A DNA stretch of 13,777 nucleotides from Deltaproteobacteria bacterium (GTDB lineage: Bacteria > Myxococcota_A > UBA9160 > SMWR01), in the NCBI GenBank assembly GCA_032128375.1, contig JAQBGU010000032.1, forward strand, positions 1 through 13,777, in the 5' to 3' direction. The position numbers and the translations under genes were made by a program. Positions 1-6,948 of the stretch are shown here, in pieces (position 1 is the stretch's first letter; each line of letters starts with the position of its first letter). The notes beneath the pieces were generated by a model. That model searched no databases, had not been told where the DNA came from, and saw nothing but the letters and a program-made list of their open reading frames with translations.

Positions 1-22
1 GAGTCCCCGCCCTCTGGCCCGG

Positions 23-1813
23 TTGCTCTTCTGGGTAACGACGCGATGCAGCATGGCCGTCGTTCTGCTCAGTGGACCGGCTGCACATTCCGCAGTTCAT
101 CTCGGCGACCTCGATGGGGATGGTGCCGTCGCCGCAAGTGACGAGGCGCTGTTCGTATCGTTCTACGGCGGGAGTGCGGGCGAGGCCAACTACGATCCGG
201 TCGCGGATCTCGATAGCGACGGCGTGATCGGGTTGCGGGACTTGGCGCTGTTTTCCGCGGCATTCGGCGCGCATGGCGATGTCGACACCTTTCCGCCGCG
301 CGTCCTCGTCACACTCAACGACATTCCTGACGACATGAACGATATCCTGGTGGTCCCGCCAGGGGGCTTTCAGATCACGATCCTGTTCGACAACGACGGC
401 AGCGTACTTGCCCCGGAAACCCTGGAGGTGTATTCGATTTTCGACCTCGGGCAGATCGCAGCATTCACCAACCTCGCGCCGATGTTCGAGGTCACGCCAA
501 CGCGGGCGATGTTGGAAATCGCCCCGGACCCGAGTATCACGAGAACCACCCACGCCCTGGCCGCCAGGGTCTTGGACAAAAAAGGGAACTCATCCGGCCC
601 CAGCTTCTTCGTCTTCGCGATTCGCGACTTCGCAATAGGCGCCCCCATGGGGAGCCTACAGACTGTTTTCTTGGACTTCGATCAAGACCGCAACCTTGGG
701 CCCGATATCGACTTCATCGAGAGTCTGCGCGAATTCGGGTTGAGTTCCGCCTCCGCACCGGAAGTGGAGGTGAAGGTGCGCGACATGCTCGTCTCGGAAA
801 TCGTCTCTCGCACGCAGGCCTACTACGGCTACAAAGCGAACGGGGACCCGGGCGACGACCCAGTCAATATCCGGTTCACACCCGAACTGCCCGCGGTTGG
901 ATATTCCCGCTTGTGTGTTGGTGGTCAGTCTCCCGCGGGTTCGCTCTTTCTTGGAGCCGCACCACTCGACCTTCACAATGCAGCGAAGACCACCGACGAT
1001 TGCGGGCTCAGCCCGCAATTTGGTGTCTTTCCGCACGCGATCGACAACCTGTGGCAGAACGCATCGGAGTACCAGGCGGCATTCGGCCCAGTCGACCCGA
1101 GTCTCGGCGGAATCGCGGTCGGCGAAGATCCGTTCGATTCGACGATATTCGACGGCTCGTTCAAATTGGGGTCGGCGACGGGTGAGGAAATCTCGCGACT
1201 GTGGGAAGTCGCCAATGCGTTCGATGCGTTCGCACAGACAATCGCAACAGCGATCGCTCACGAAACCGGGCACATGTTGGGCTTGTCGGCACCAGGGGCC
1301 ACTCCAGCGGGGTTGTACGGCGGTTCCTCGGGCGCGACAAAGGACCACAATGTCAGCGTGACCGGGGCTACGCCGTCCGAGAACTATCTGATGAATGCGG
1401 GAGGTAGCTTTACGTTTGCGGAGATTTCGGGCCGGGGCGGCCCGTTGCCGAAGTTTCGACCGTTGTCTTGGGCTTACCTTCGCGACCGGGTCGCATTGAA
1501 CAGCATTGTGAAGGGGCTGTACCTCGCGCCTGAGCTCGACGCGGTGTCGCCGAGCCCGCTCTCGTTCGGCGGCCAGACCCAAGCCAACTTCAATCTCTCG
1601 GGTTCGAGCTTCACCGAGACCATCACCGTGAAGTTGTTCAATGGGGGGCCGATCCCGTTTCAGATCTCGAGCACAAGCGTCCTGCCAGGTGGTTCGGAAG
1701 CGACCGCGACAATCAACAGCTTTCTGGTTCCCCCGGGCGTATATGATGTTCAACTCACCAATGTTGACGGGCAGCAGACGACGATGGTCGGAGCCCTCCA
1801 GGTGGTCCCGTGA
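23..1813 (+). CDS. Secreted multidomain protein: N-terminal dockerin-like domain, Ig-like domain, metzincin-like zinc metalloprotease domain, C-terminal IPT/TIG-like beta-sandwich (true start may lie upstream of the window)
   Basis: 596-aa ORF; the frame is open back to base 2, so the start is uncertain. A signal-peptide-like stretch (MAVVLLSGPAAHSA) is followed by two Dx[DN]xDG loops, GDLDGDGAVAASD and ADLDSDGVIGLRD (104..268). DTFPP...AARVLDKKGNS looks like an Ig-type segment. VFLDFD, then HETGHMLGL (1259..1285) and a YLMN Met-turn candidate (Met at 1391). The C-terminus, PELDAVSPS...LSGSSF...PPGVYDVQLTNVDGQ, has an IPT/TIG-like pattern. Confidence 0.8.
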   Translation: MLFWVTTRCSMAVVLLSGPAAHSAVHLGDLDGDGAVAASDEALFVSFYGGSAGEANYDPVADLDSDGVIGLRDLALFSAAFGAHGDVDTFPPRVLVTLNDIPDDMNDILVVPPGGFQITILFDNDGSVLAPETLEVYSIFDLGQIAAFTNLAPMFEVTPTRAMLEIAPDPSITRTTHALAARVLDKKGNSSGPSFFVFAIRDFAIGAPMGSLQTVFLDFDQDRNLGPDIDFIESLREFGLSSASAPEVEVKVRDMLVSEIVSRTQAYYGYKANGDPGDDPVNIRFTPELPAVGYSRLCVGGQSPAGSLFLGAAPLDLHNAAKTTDDCGLSPQFGVFPHAIDNLWQNASEYQAAFGPVDPSLGGIAVGEDPFDSTIFDGSFKLGSATGEEISRLWEVANAFDAFAQTIATAIAHETGHMLGLSAPGATPAGLYGGSSGATKDHNVSVTGATPSENYLMNAGGSFTFAEISGRGGPLPKFRPLSWAYLRDRVALNSIVKGLYLAPELDAVSPSPLSFGGQTQANFNLSGSSFTETITVKLFNGGPIPFQISSTSVLPGGSEATATINSFLVPPGVYDVQLTNVDGQQTTMVGALQVVP

Positions 1814-2337
1814 GCTTGATGATCACGCGCAATCGAAAACTGCTCGGGTTGCTACTCACGTTGGCGGTGACTCAGTTGGCCGTCATGTGCGAGGAGGATT
1901 CTGCCGGTGATCCAGGAGCTGCGCCGGCGAGTTTTCTGTGCACACCCACCAATGTCTACAAGCGGCCCGGCGAGGTCTTCAATATCACCATGCAGTTCAA
2001 GACGACTGGCGAAGTTCAAGCTGTAGAACTCGATGTGAAATGGGACCCGGTCCATATCAAGTACCTGTCGAGCGCCCCGCATGCTGATTTCGACGATGAC
2101 GGTCAGTTTTTTGCCCCGGTGATTGTTGACGAATTGGATGGCAGCCTCCGGGGCATCCGCGATTCCCGTCATGGCGTAAGTTCGGTAACCGGTAAGAAAG
2201 GAGTCATTGCGCTCCAGTTCCGCGTCGAATCGTCGACACCCTCAAGGATCGTCGCGACGGGTCGAGTCGCGAACCAGCAAGGCGTCCAGTCCGCCGAACT
2301 GACCGCAACCTGTTATGTGAGCGCCGGTCAGATCTAG
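1810..2337 (+). CDS. Probable lipoprotein with a single cohesin-like domain
   Basis: 175 aa. The GTG start overlaps the upstream TGA (GTGA, 1810..1813). A basic N-region (RNRK), a hydrophobic H-region and Cys27 (atypical lipobox LAVMC) precede an acidic/Pro-Ala linker. The domain PGEVFNITMQF...VQAVELDVKWDPVHIKY...G.GVIALQFRV follows the cohesin pattern (G-x-x-F-x-V/I ... [YW]DP ... G-x-l-a-x-l-x-F). Confidence 0.72.
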   Translation: MSLMITRNRKLLGLLLTLAVTQLAVMCEEDSAGDPGAAPASFLCTPTNVYKRPGEVFNITMQFKTTGEVQAVELDVKWDPVHIKYLSSAPHADFDDDGQFFAPVIVDELDGSLRGIRDSRHGVSSVTGKKGVIALQFRVESSTPSRIVATGRVANQQGVQSAELTATCYVSAGQI

Positions 2338-2359
2338 CCCGCGCAGCGCTGATCTACCA

Positions 2360-4429
2360 TTACAACCGGGCCGCTTCCAATACCGCAATGCGCCCGCGCG
2401 CGGCGAGGGCGAGCGGGTGATTCGGCGGCGAGGCACGGAGCACGCGGACGTAGAATCGCATTGCTGCCATCGGATCGCTGTTTGCTTCTGCGATCGCCGC
2501 CAGGTGATACAGCGCGTATGCGAGCCCGGGATCGAGTTCGACCGCTCGCAGATACAACGCCTCGGCGGCTGCCGCGTCACCCGATTCCCGTCGCAGATCG
2601 GCGATCTGCGCATGTACGGCGGCCTCATTCGGTCGCTCTGCCAGCAACCGCCGAAGGATCGTCTCCGCGGCTGCATCGAAACCGTTTCTCCGAAGCAGCG
2701 CGGCATGAATCACCGGCCCCTGCGGCAGATCGGGGTAGAGTCCGACCGTTTCCTGCCAGATTTCGAGCGCGAGGTCGTAGCGGCGCAGCGCATTGTAGAA
2801 GTTGGTGCGCGCCGACCTCTGGATCACATCAGCAGGACCCTGCTTCGAAAACGGCTCGAACAGGTCGTCCGAATTGATGTCCAGATCGACCAGCCCCGCG
2901 GGTTCACCCTCTCGTACCCGCACGAATACCGCCGCCGAATCGTCGACAAAAGCCATCCGCCAGTTCGAGTTCAGATACAGCCAGCGAAGCAGCTGTTCCG
3001 AGTCGAGGATGCTGAATTGGACGACCACCACACCGAACTCGTACGCGAGATCCAATCGTCGAAACGCGTCCGATCCCGTCACCTGTAGCGCGCGGAACTT
3101 CTCCTCGCCGAAGACCTCTAGCCGCCCGTCAGCCATGACCGGATAGTCCGGAAATAACCGCCAAATCAAGTAGCCGCCCATCGCCATGTGGTGGCAAATC
3201 GGACCGGGCGGACGGTGTTTTTCGATCCAATCGACAGCACGGATCGGGTAGATCGGCTCGAACAGGCCGAACCCGCGTTCGCGTGTCCCGCCGCCCAGCC
3301 GACTGTGGAGCCCTCCACTCGAGACATCGATTGCGAACCAGCCCGTTACCAAGGCAAGCGCCGCGGTGCTCCACAACGCGAGTCTCGGACGCAATTCGCG
3401 ACCATCGAGGACTGCGTTCGCGTTTCGAACCCAGATCGGCGTCGCCACGATCGCAAACAGCGCCAGGTTGCGTCGCGCACTCAGCGCGAGATACGCGAAT
3501 GCCACCCACGTCAACAAGTCGGGTACCGCAAGCTTTCGCCAGTTGAGCGACATCGCTCCGGCGCTGAGCAGCGCAAGCAGCAGCGCCAGACCCATGACCA
3601 ACGGTTGTAGCGACTTGTCCCCTGCAATCGGCGGAATCAGTTCGGCAACCAGCGATCCAAAGAACCCGCGTTCCTCCGGCGTACCAATCATGCCGAGCTG
3701 TTGGATCGGGTAGAGCACGCCGTCGAGCAGGTTCGGATTCAGCAGCGACCCGGCCAGCGCCAACGCAGTGACGCTGGCCAGGCGGCGCAGCCGCGCCGTG
3801 TCGATGCGCTCGCCCGAGTTGAGTAGCGGTCTCAGGATCTGCCCCGCCAGATAGATCGCACAAAGCGCAATTCCGAGCGCAAACAGCCCATGAACGTTCA
3901 CCCAGATGATCTGGACCATGATGATCCAGTACACGTGACGATCACCTGTGCGCTCGAAGCGGTCGAGCAATGCGAGCACACTGGCGAGCAACACGAAGCT
4001 CGGCAGCTCGGGACGCGGCATGAAGCGATCCGACGCGATCAACAACATCAGAGCCAGCGCGGCGGCCGAAACGACGGGTCGCTCGCGCCGGTACCCGATC
4101 GGAAGAAGTACCGCGCAAAGCAGCAACACGATGGCGAACTTGGCCGTGACCACCGCCGCGTGACCGCCGAGGCTGTAGACGCCGTACACCCCGAGTTGAA
4201 ACAGCCAGTGAATGTCGACCCATCGGACGCCTGGGACCGTGAAGGTATATGGGTCAACCTTTGGGACGGCGCCCTGATCGGCGATGAGCTCGCCCGTTCG
4301 CAGGTGCCAGAAGTAGTCGAAGGTCCGGATTTGCTGAAACGTCAGCGATGCGACCAGGCCTAACAGAGCCAGCCAGATTGCGGCGCGAGCGATGCGGCTG
4401 GCGGCGGGCGCTGCGGCTAGAGGTCCCAG
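2360..4429 (-). CDS. Polytopic membrane protein, putative GT-C-fold glycosyltransferase-like, with C-terminal TPR repeats (proposed CTG start; ORF-track start at 4189 is truncated)
   Basis: Many hydrophobic helices, with motifs RPELPSF, WVNVHGLF, LLNP, RRN, GGYLIW and DGR. C-terminal TPR-like helix pairs (AEALYLRAVELDPGLAYALYHLA). My translation of the same frame upstream of 4189 continues without a stop as LGPLAAAPAASRIARAAIWLALLGLVASLTFQQIRTFDYFWHLRTGELIADQGAVPKVDPYTFTVPGVRWVDIHWLFQLG, i.e. TM1 plus a D-x-x-WHL-x-x-G...DP...W...WL loop. Stop at 2360..2362. Confidence 0.75.
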   Translation of the reverse strand: MGPLAAAPAASRIARAAIWLALLGLVASLTFQQIRTFDYFWHLRTGELIADQGAVPKVDPYTFTVPGVRWVDIHWLFQLGVYGVYSLGGHAAVVTAKFAIVLLLCAVLLPIGYRRERPVVSAAALALMLLIASDRFMPRPELPSFVLLASVLALLDRFERTGDRHVYWIIMVQIIWVNVHGLFALGIALCAIYLAGQILRPLLNSGERIDTARLRRLASVTALALAGSLLNPNLLDGVLYPIQQLGMIGTPEERGFFGSLVAELIPPIAGDKSLQPLVMGLALLLALLSAGAMSLNWRKLAVPDLLTWVAFAYLALSARRNLALFAIVATPIWVRNANAVLDGRELRPRLALWSTAALALVTGWFAIDVSSGGLHSRLGGGTRERGFGLFEPIYPIRAVDWIEKHRPPGPICHHMAMGGYLIWRLFPDYPVMADGRLEVFGEEKFRALQVTGSDAFRRLDLAYEFGVVVVQFSILDSEQLLRWLYLNSNWRMAFVDDSAAVFVRVREGEPAGLVDLDINSDDLFEPFSKQGPADVIQRSARTNFYNALRRYDLALEIWQETVGLYPDLPQGPVIHAALLRRNGFDAAAETILRRLLAERPNEAAVHAQIADLRRESGDAAAAEALYLRAVELDPGLAYALYHLAAIAEANSDPMAAMRFYVRVLRASPPNHPLALAARGRIAVLEAARL

Positions 4430-5457
4430 AAGAAATCCTTGTTGGTGAGCTCGCCCTCCTCCGCGGCTTCGATGCGGCGTATGCCCCCCGGCTCGACGGG
4501 TTCATTGCGATCCAGTCTACCGGTGAGTTCTTCGAGGTCGCGAGTTTCCTTCTCCCAATACTCGGCCGTACCAAAGTGCGGGAAAGCCGACGGAAACGCC
4601 GGGTCTCCCCAGCGTTTCGCGATCCATGCCGCGTAAAAGACGAACCGGAATGCGCGCAGCGGCTCGACGAGACGCAGCCAGGAAAGCTCGAAATCGCGAA
4701 ATTCCCGATACGCATCGATCAGCAACATCCGTTGGCGAACGCCCTCCGAATCGCGACCGGGCAGCATCATCCAGATATCGTGCACCGCGGGACCGACGGC
4801 AAAGTCGTCGAAGTCGAGGAAGAACCAGCCGCTTGTTCCATTCAGGATGTTGCCCAGATGGCAATCGCCGTGGATCCGGTGGGTCGGCACAGCCGCGCTC
4901 CAATTCGTGTAGAGCTCCGCGACCTGCTCGACGCAGTCGCGAAAGCGACTCGCAACTGTCGAGGGAAGGAAGCCACCCTGTTCGAGAAATACCAGCGGCG
5001 CGTGGGCGGCGGTCGCGGCGTCGAGAGTGGGCCGGTGAGGCGCCGCACCGGCCGCACCGACGTTGTGAATCCGCGCGAGCATGCGACCCAGGATCGCGAT
5101 CTGTGAATCGGCGAGTTCGTCGGGCGATCGTCCACCCGTCCGCGACCAAACCGCAAACTGGATCCCCTCCACCTCGCGAAGGGTTTCGCCGCCGGGGAAC
5201 GCGAGCGGAGTGCAGACGGGGATCTCTGCTTCGCGAAGCTCAGCGAGGTAGCGATGCTCGTCGAGGATCGCGTCGCGCGTCCATCGCTCAGGTCGATAGA
5301 ACTTCGCGACGACGTGACTTCCGTCTTCGAGGCGCAGATCGTAGACGCGGTTCTCCAAGCAGGTGAGCGGGGTGCAGTGTCCCGTCGGCAGGTATCCACC
5401 CGACTCGATCGCAGCCAGTACCCGATCAGGCGTCAATTCGAAAAAGAACTCTGACAC
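4417..5457 (-). CDS. srkA: Stress-response serine/threonine protein kinase SrkA (RdoA/YihE, APH-like kinase family)
   Basis: 346 aa. F.ELTPD.VL.A N-terminus, LENRVY, VAKFYRP.RW, catalytic RIHGDCHLGN, DFDD, GPAVHDIWM, and the LVEPLR...YAAWIAKRWGDPAFP..FP.F signature of RdoA/SrkA. Confidence 0.93.
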   Translation of the reverse strand: MSEFFFELTPDRVLAAIESGGYLPTGHCTPLTCLENRVYDLRLEDGSHVVAKFYRPERWTRDAILDEHRYLAELREAEIPVCTPLAFPGGETLREVEGIQFAVWSRTGGRSPDELADSQIAILGRMLARIHNVGAAGAAPHRPTLDAATAAHAPLVFLEQGGFLPSTVASRFRDCVEQVAELYTNWSAAVPTHRIHGDCHLGNILNGTSGWFFLDFDDFAVGPAVHDIWMMLPGRDSEGVRQRMLLIDAYREFRDFELSWLRLVEPLRAFRFVFYAAWIAKRWGDPAFPSAFPHFGTAEYWEKETRDLEELTGRLDRNEPVEPGGIRRIEAAEEGELTNKDFFWDL

Positions 5458-5465
5458 GATTCCTG

Positions 5466-5471
5466 ATTCTA
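5466..5471 (-). promoter_or_regulatory. Candidate sigma70-type -10 hexamer (TAGAAT) for a near-leaderless srkA transcript
   Basis: The minus strand reads TAGAAT-caggaatc-GTG, placing the hexamer 8 nt before the srkA start. No convincing -35 element. Confidence 0.3.
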
Positions 5472-5515
5472 CACCCGAAGCGCCCCGCTGGTTCGGCCGC
5501 GTTCGATCTTCGCGA

Positions 5516-6862
5516 TCAGGGCGCGGTCGTGATTAGCGGGGCCCACTCAAACGGGGGGCCGGGGGAACCCTCGCCCACATAGTTCGACGTGCCGGGTCCA
5601 CCGTCGTTGCGTTTGTAGGTCCAACCGGGAAATGTGGGCATCGTCGGTTCGCCGTTTCCGGTGATCGTCATCGTTCCGTTCGGGCGCACGTCGCCCCATA
5701 TGCTCTGGAGCGTGCCTGCCTGGCGTGTCACGCCGTGAATGAACACCTTGGACTGCGATCCGCTACCGATCACATGCATGAATCGCGCACTCGGACTGCG
5801 TCGAAAGACCAGTGGCCCGATCTCGAGCCTCACGCGGTTGCTGGCGATGCGGAAACACGTTGCATTGCCCTCGCACTGCAGGTGGACAAACTCGACAGCC
5901 ATGCCGTGGCCGTCGTCGCCGAACGGTGAGGCGACGATGTCGAACGTCGCACAGCTCGAGGAGGCCCCGATACCAGCGACCTGGTAGTGCCCCTCGTGGA
6001 TCGTGATCTCGGTGAACGCAAGCTGTGAACGATTCACATAGATTCCCGCTCGATCGCCGGGCTGATCGTCGCAGGTCAGGATCACACTCGAATTGTGGAA
6101 CGTCAGAAATCCGAAAATGTCGGCGATTTCGATCCCTCGTGATCCCAGCGGCAGACCGCCCGTCAGCGAGATATTCTCGAAATACAGTTCGAGCAACAGG
6201 ATACCCGTGATGCGGATACCGACGTCTTCGGGGTCGGCATCGAAGAAAAACGAAACGTTCGCCACGCTGCCTCGCCCCGCGAATGTCCACTGCGCGTTCG
6301 AGATGCCGTCGCGATGGCTCTCGATTCGAACGGGACCGGTCGACAGCAAGCGACTCGGCCCGACCCCAACGATGTGGGTTTCGCCGTTCCAGCCGTGCGA
6401 GGTGGAAAAACGCTGGCGATATGTGCCCGGCGAAATCAATACGGTCCGCGTCTCGTTCGGATGAGCGGCGACCAATGAGTCGATGGCATCTTGAATCGAG
6501 GTTTCTCCGTCGAAGCACGGCTTGCCGAAATCGTTGGGACATTCGATCGCCACCACTGCGGTTGCGAAGCCTGCGGATGCGCGCGTGAAAGGTCGACTGC
6601 CACTGCGCATCGGAGGCTGCGCGCTGGGCGTTTTGGCGGATCGCTGGCGCATGGTCGGTTCGACCGCGCGCCCGCGGCCGATCGGCGTCCCGTAGTCGAG
6701 GCACTGCTCAACGAGCGCAGCGGCTTGCGCCGCGCTCAAGCCAGACGAGCTGCCGAGCGCGCAGCCTTCGAGTTCGAGCCCCGCTGGCGGCCCCGCATTG
6801 GCGATGGCCGTACAACTGACGCTGCCGAACAACAACGCCACTAGCACCCTTCGGTGTCTCAT
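5516..6862 (-). CDS. Secreted hypothetical protein, predicted right-handed beta-helix (pectin-lyase-like) with tailspike-like C-terminal motif
   Basis: 448 aa. ATG preceded by a GGGAGA Shine-Dalgarno. Sec-type signal MRHRRVLVALLFGSVSCTAIANA. Beta-helix cap motif TSIQDAID...VLISPGTY (6419..6502), followed by alternating-hydrophobic short strands (SVANVSF, YFENISL, TFHNSSV). C-terminal GNGEP...PGWTYKRNDGGPGTSNYVGE...W. Confidence 0.65.
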   Translation of the reverse strand: MRHRRVLVALLFGSVSCTAIANAGPPAGLELEGCALGSSSGLSAAQAAALVEQCLDYGTPIGRGRAVEPTMRQRSAKTPSAQPPMRSGSRPFTRASAGFATAVVAIECPNDFGKPCFDGETSIQDAIDSLVAAHPNETRTVLISPGTYRQRFSTSHGWNGETHIVGVGPSRLLSTGPVRIESHRDGISNAQWTFAGRGSVANVSFFFDADPEDVGIRITGILLLELYFENISLTGGLPLGSRGIEIADIFGFLTFHNSSVILTCDDQPGDRAGIYVNRSQLAFTEITIHEGHYQVAGIGASSSCATFDIVASPFGDDGHGMAVEFVHLQCEGNATCFRIASNRVRLEIGPLVFRRSPSARFMHVIGSGSQSKVFIHGVTRQAGTLQSIWGDVRPNGTMTITGNGEPTMPTFPGWTYKRNDGGPGTSNYVGEGSPGPPFEWAPLITTAP

Positions 6863-6927
6863 CGATCTCCCGCGATTCGCTCGAGAATAGGGAACGTAGC
6901 AAAATCACTACATCGATACAGGGCTCT

Positions 6928-6948
6928 ATTGTTCCCGATTGGAACAAT
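6928..6948. promoter_or_regulatory. Perfect 8-bp inverted repeat, candidate transcription-factor operator in the divergent promoter region
   Basis: ATTGTTCC-CGATT-GGAACAAT, in the 266-bp non-coding gap (6863..7128) between divergent genes. It is AT-rich relative to the flanks and has no U-tract. Confidence 0.5.

Noticed and set aside
656..1753. 365-aa antisense ORF
   Set aside because: It lies wholly opposite the motif-bearing dockerin/protease gene and is Arg-rich with no motifs, typical of a high-GC shadow ORF.
2338..2359. Possible bidirectional terminator between the convergent cohesin-like and TPR genes
   Set aside because: The gap is only 22 bp with no convincing stem or U-tract.
4348..5366. 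Plus-strand ORFs of 252 and 246 aa
   Set aside because: Antisense to srkA with no recognisable motifs; shadow ORFs.
5763..6704. 313-aa alternative-frame ORF on the minus strand
   Set aside because: Arg-rich off-frame translation inside the 448-aa gene, which has the RBS, signal peptide and motifs.
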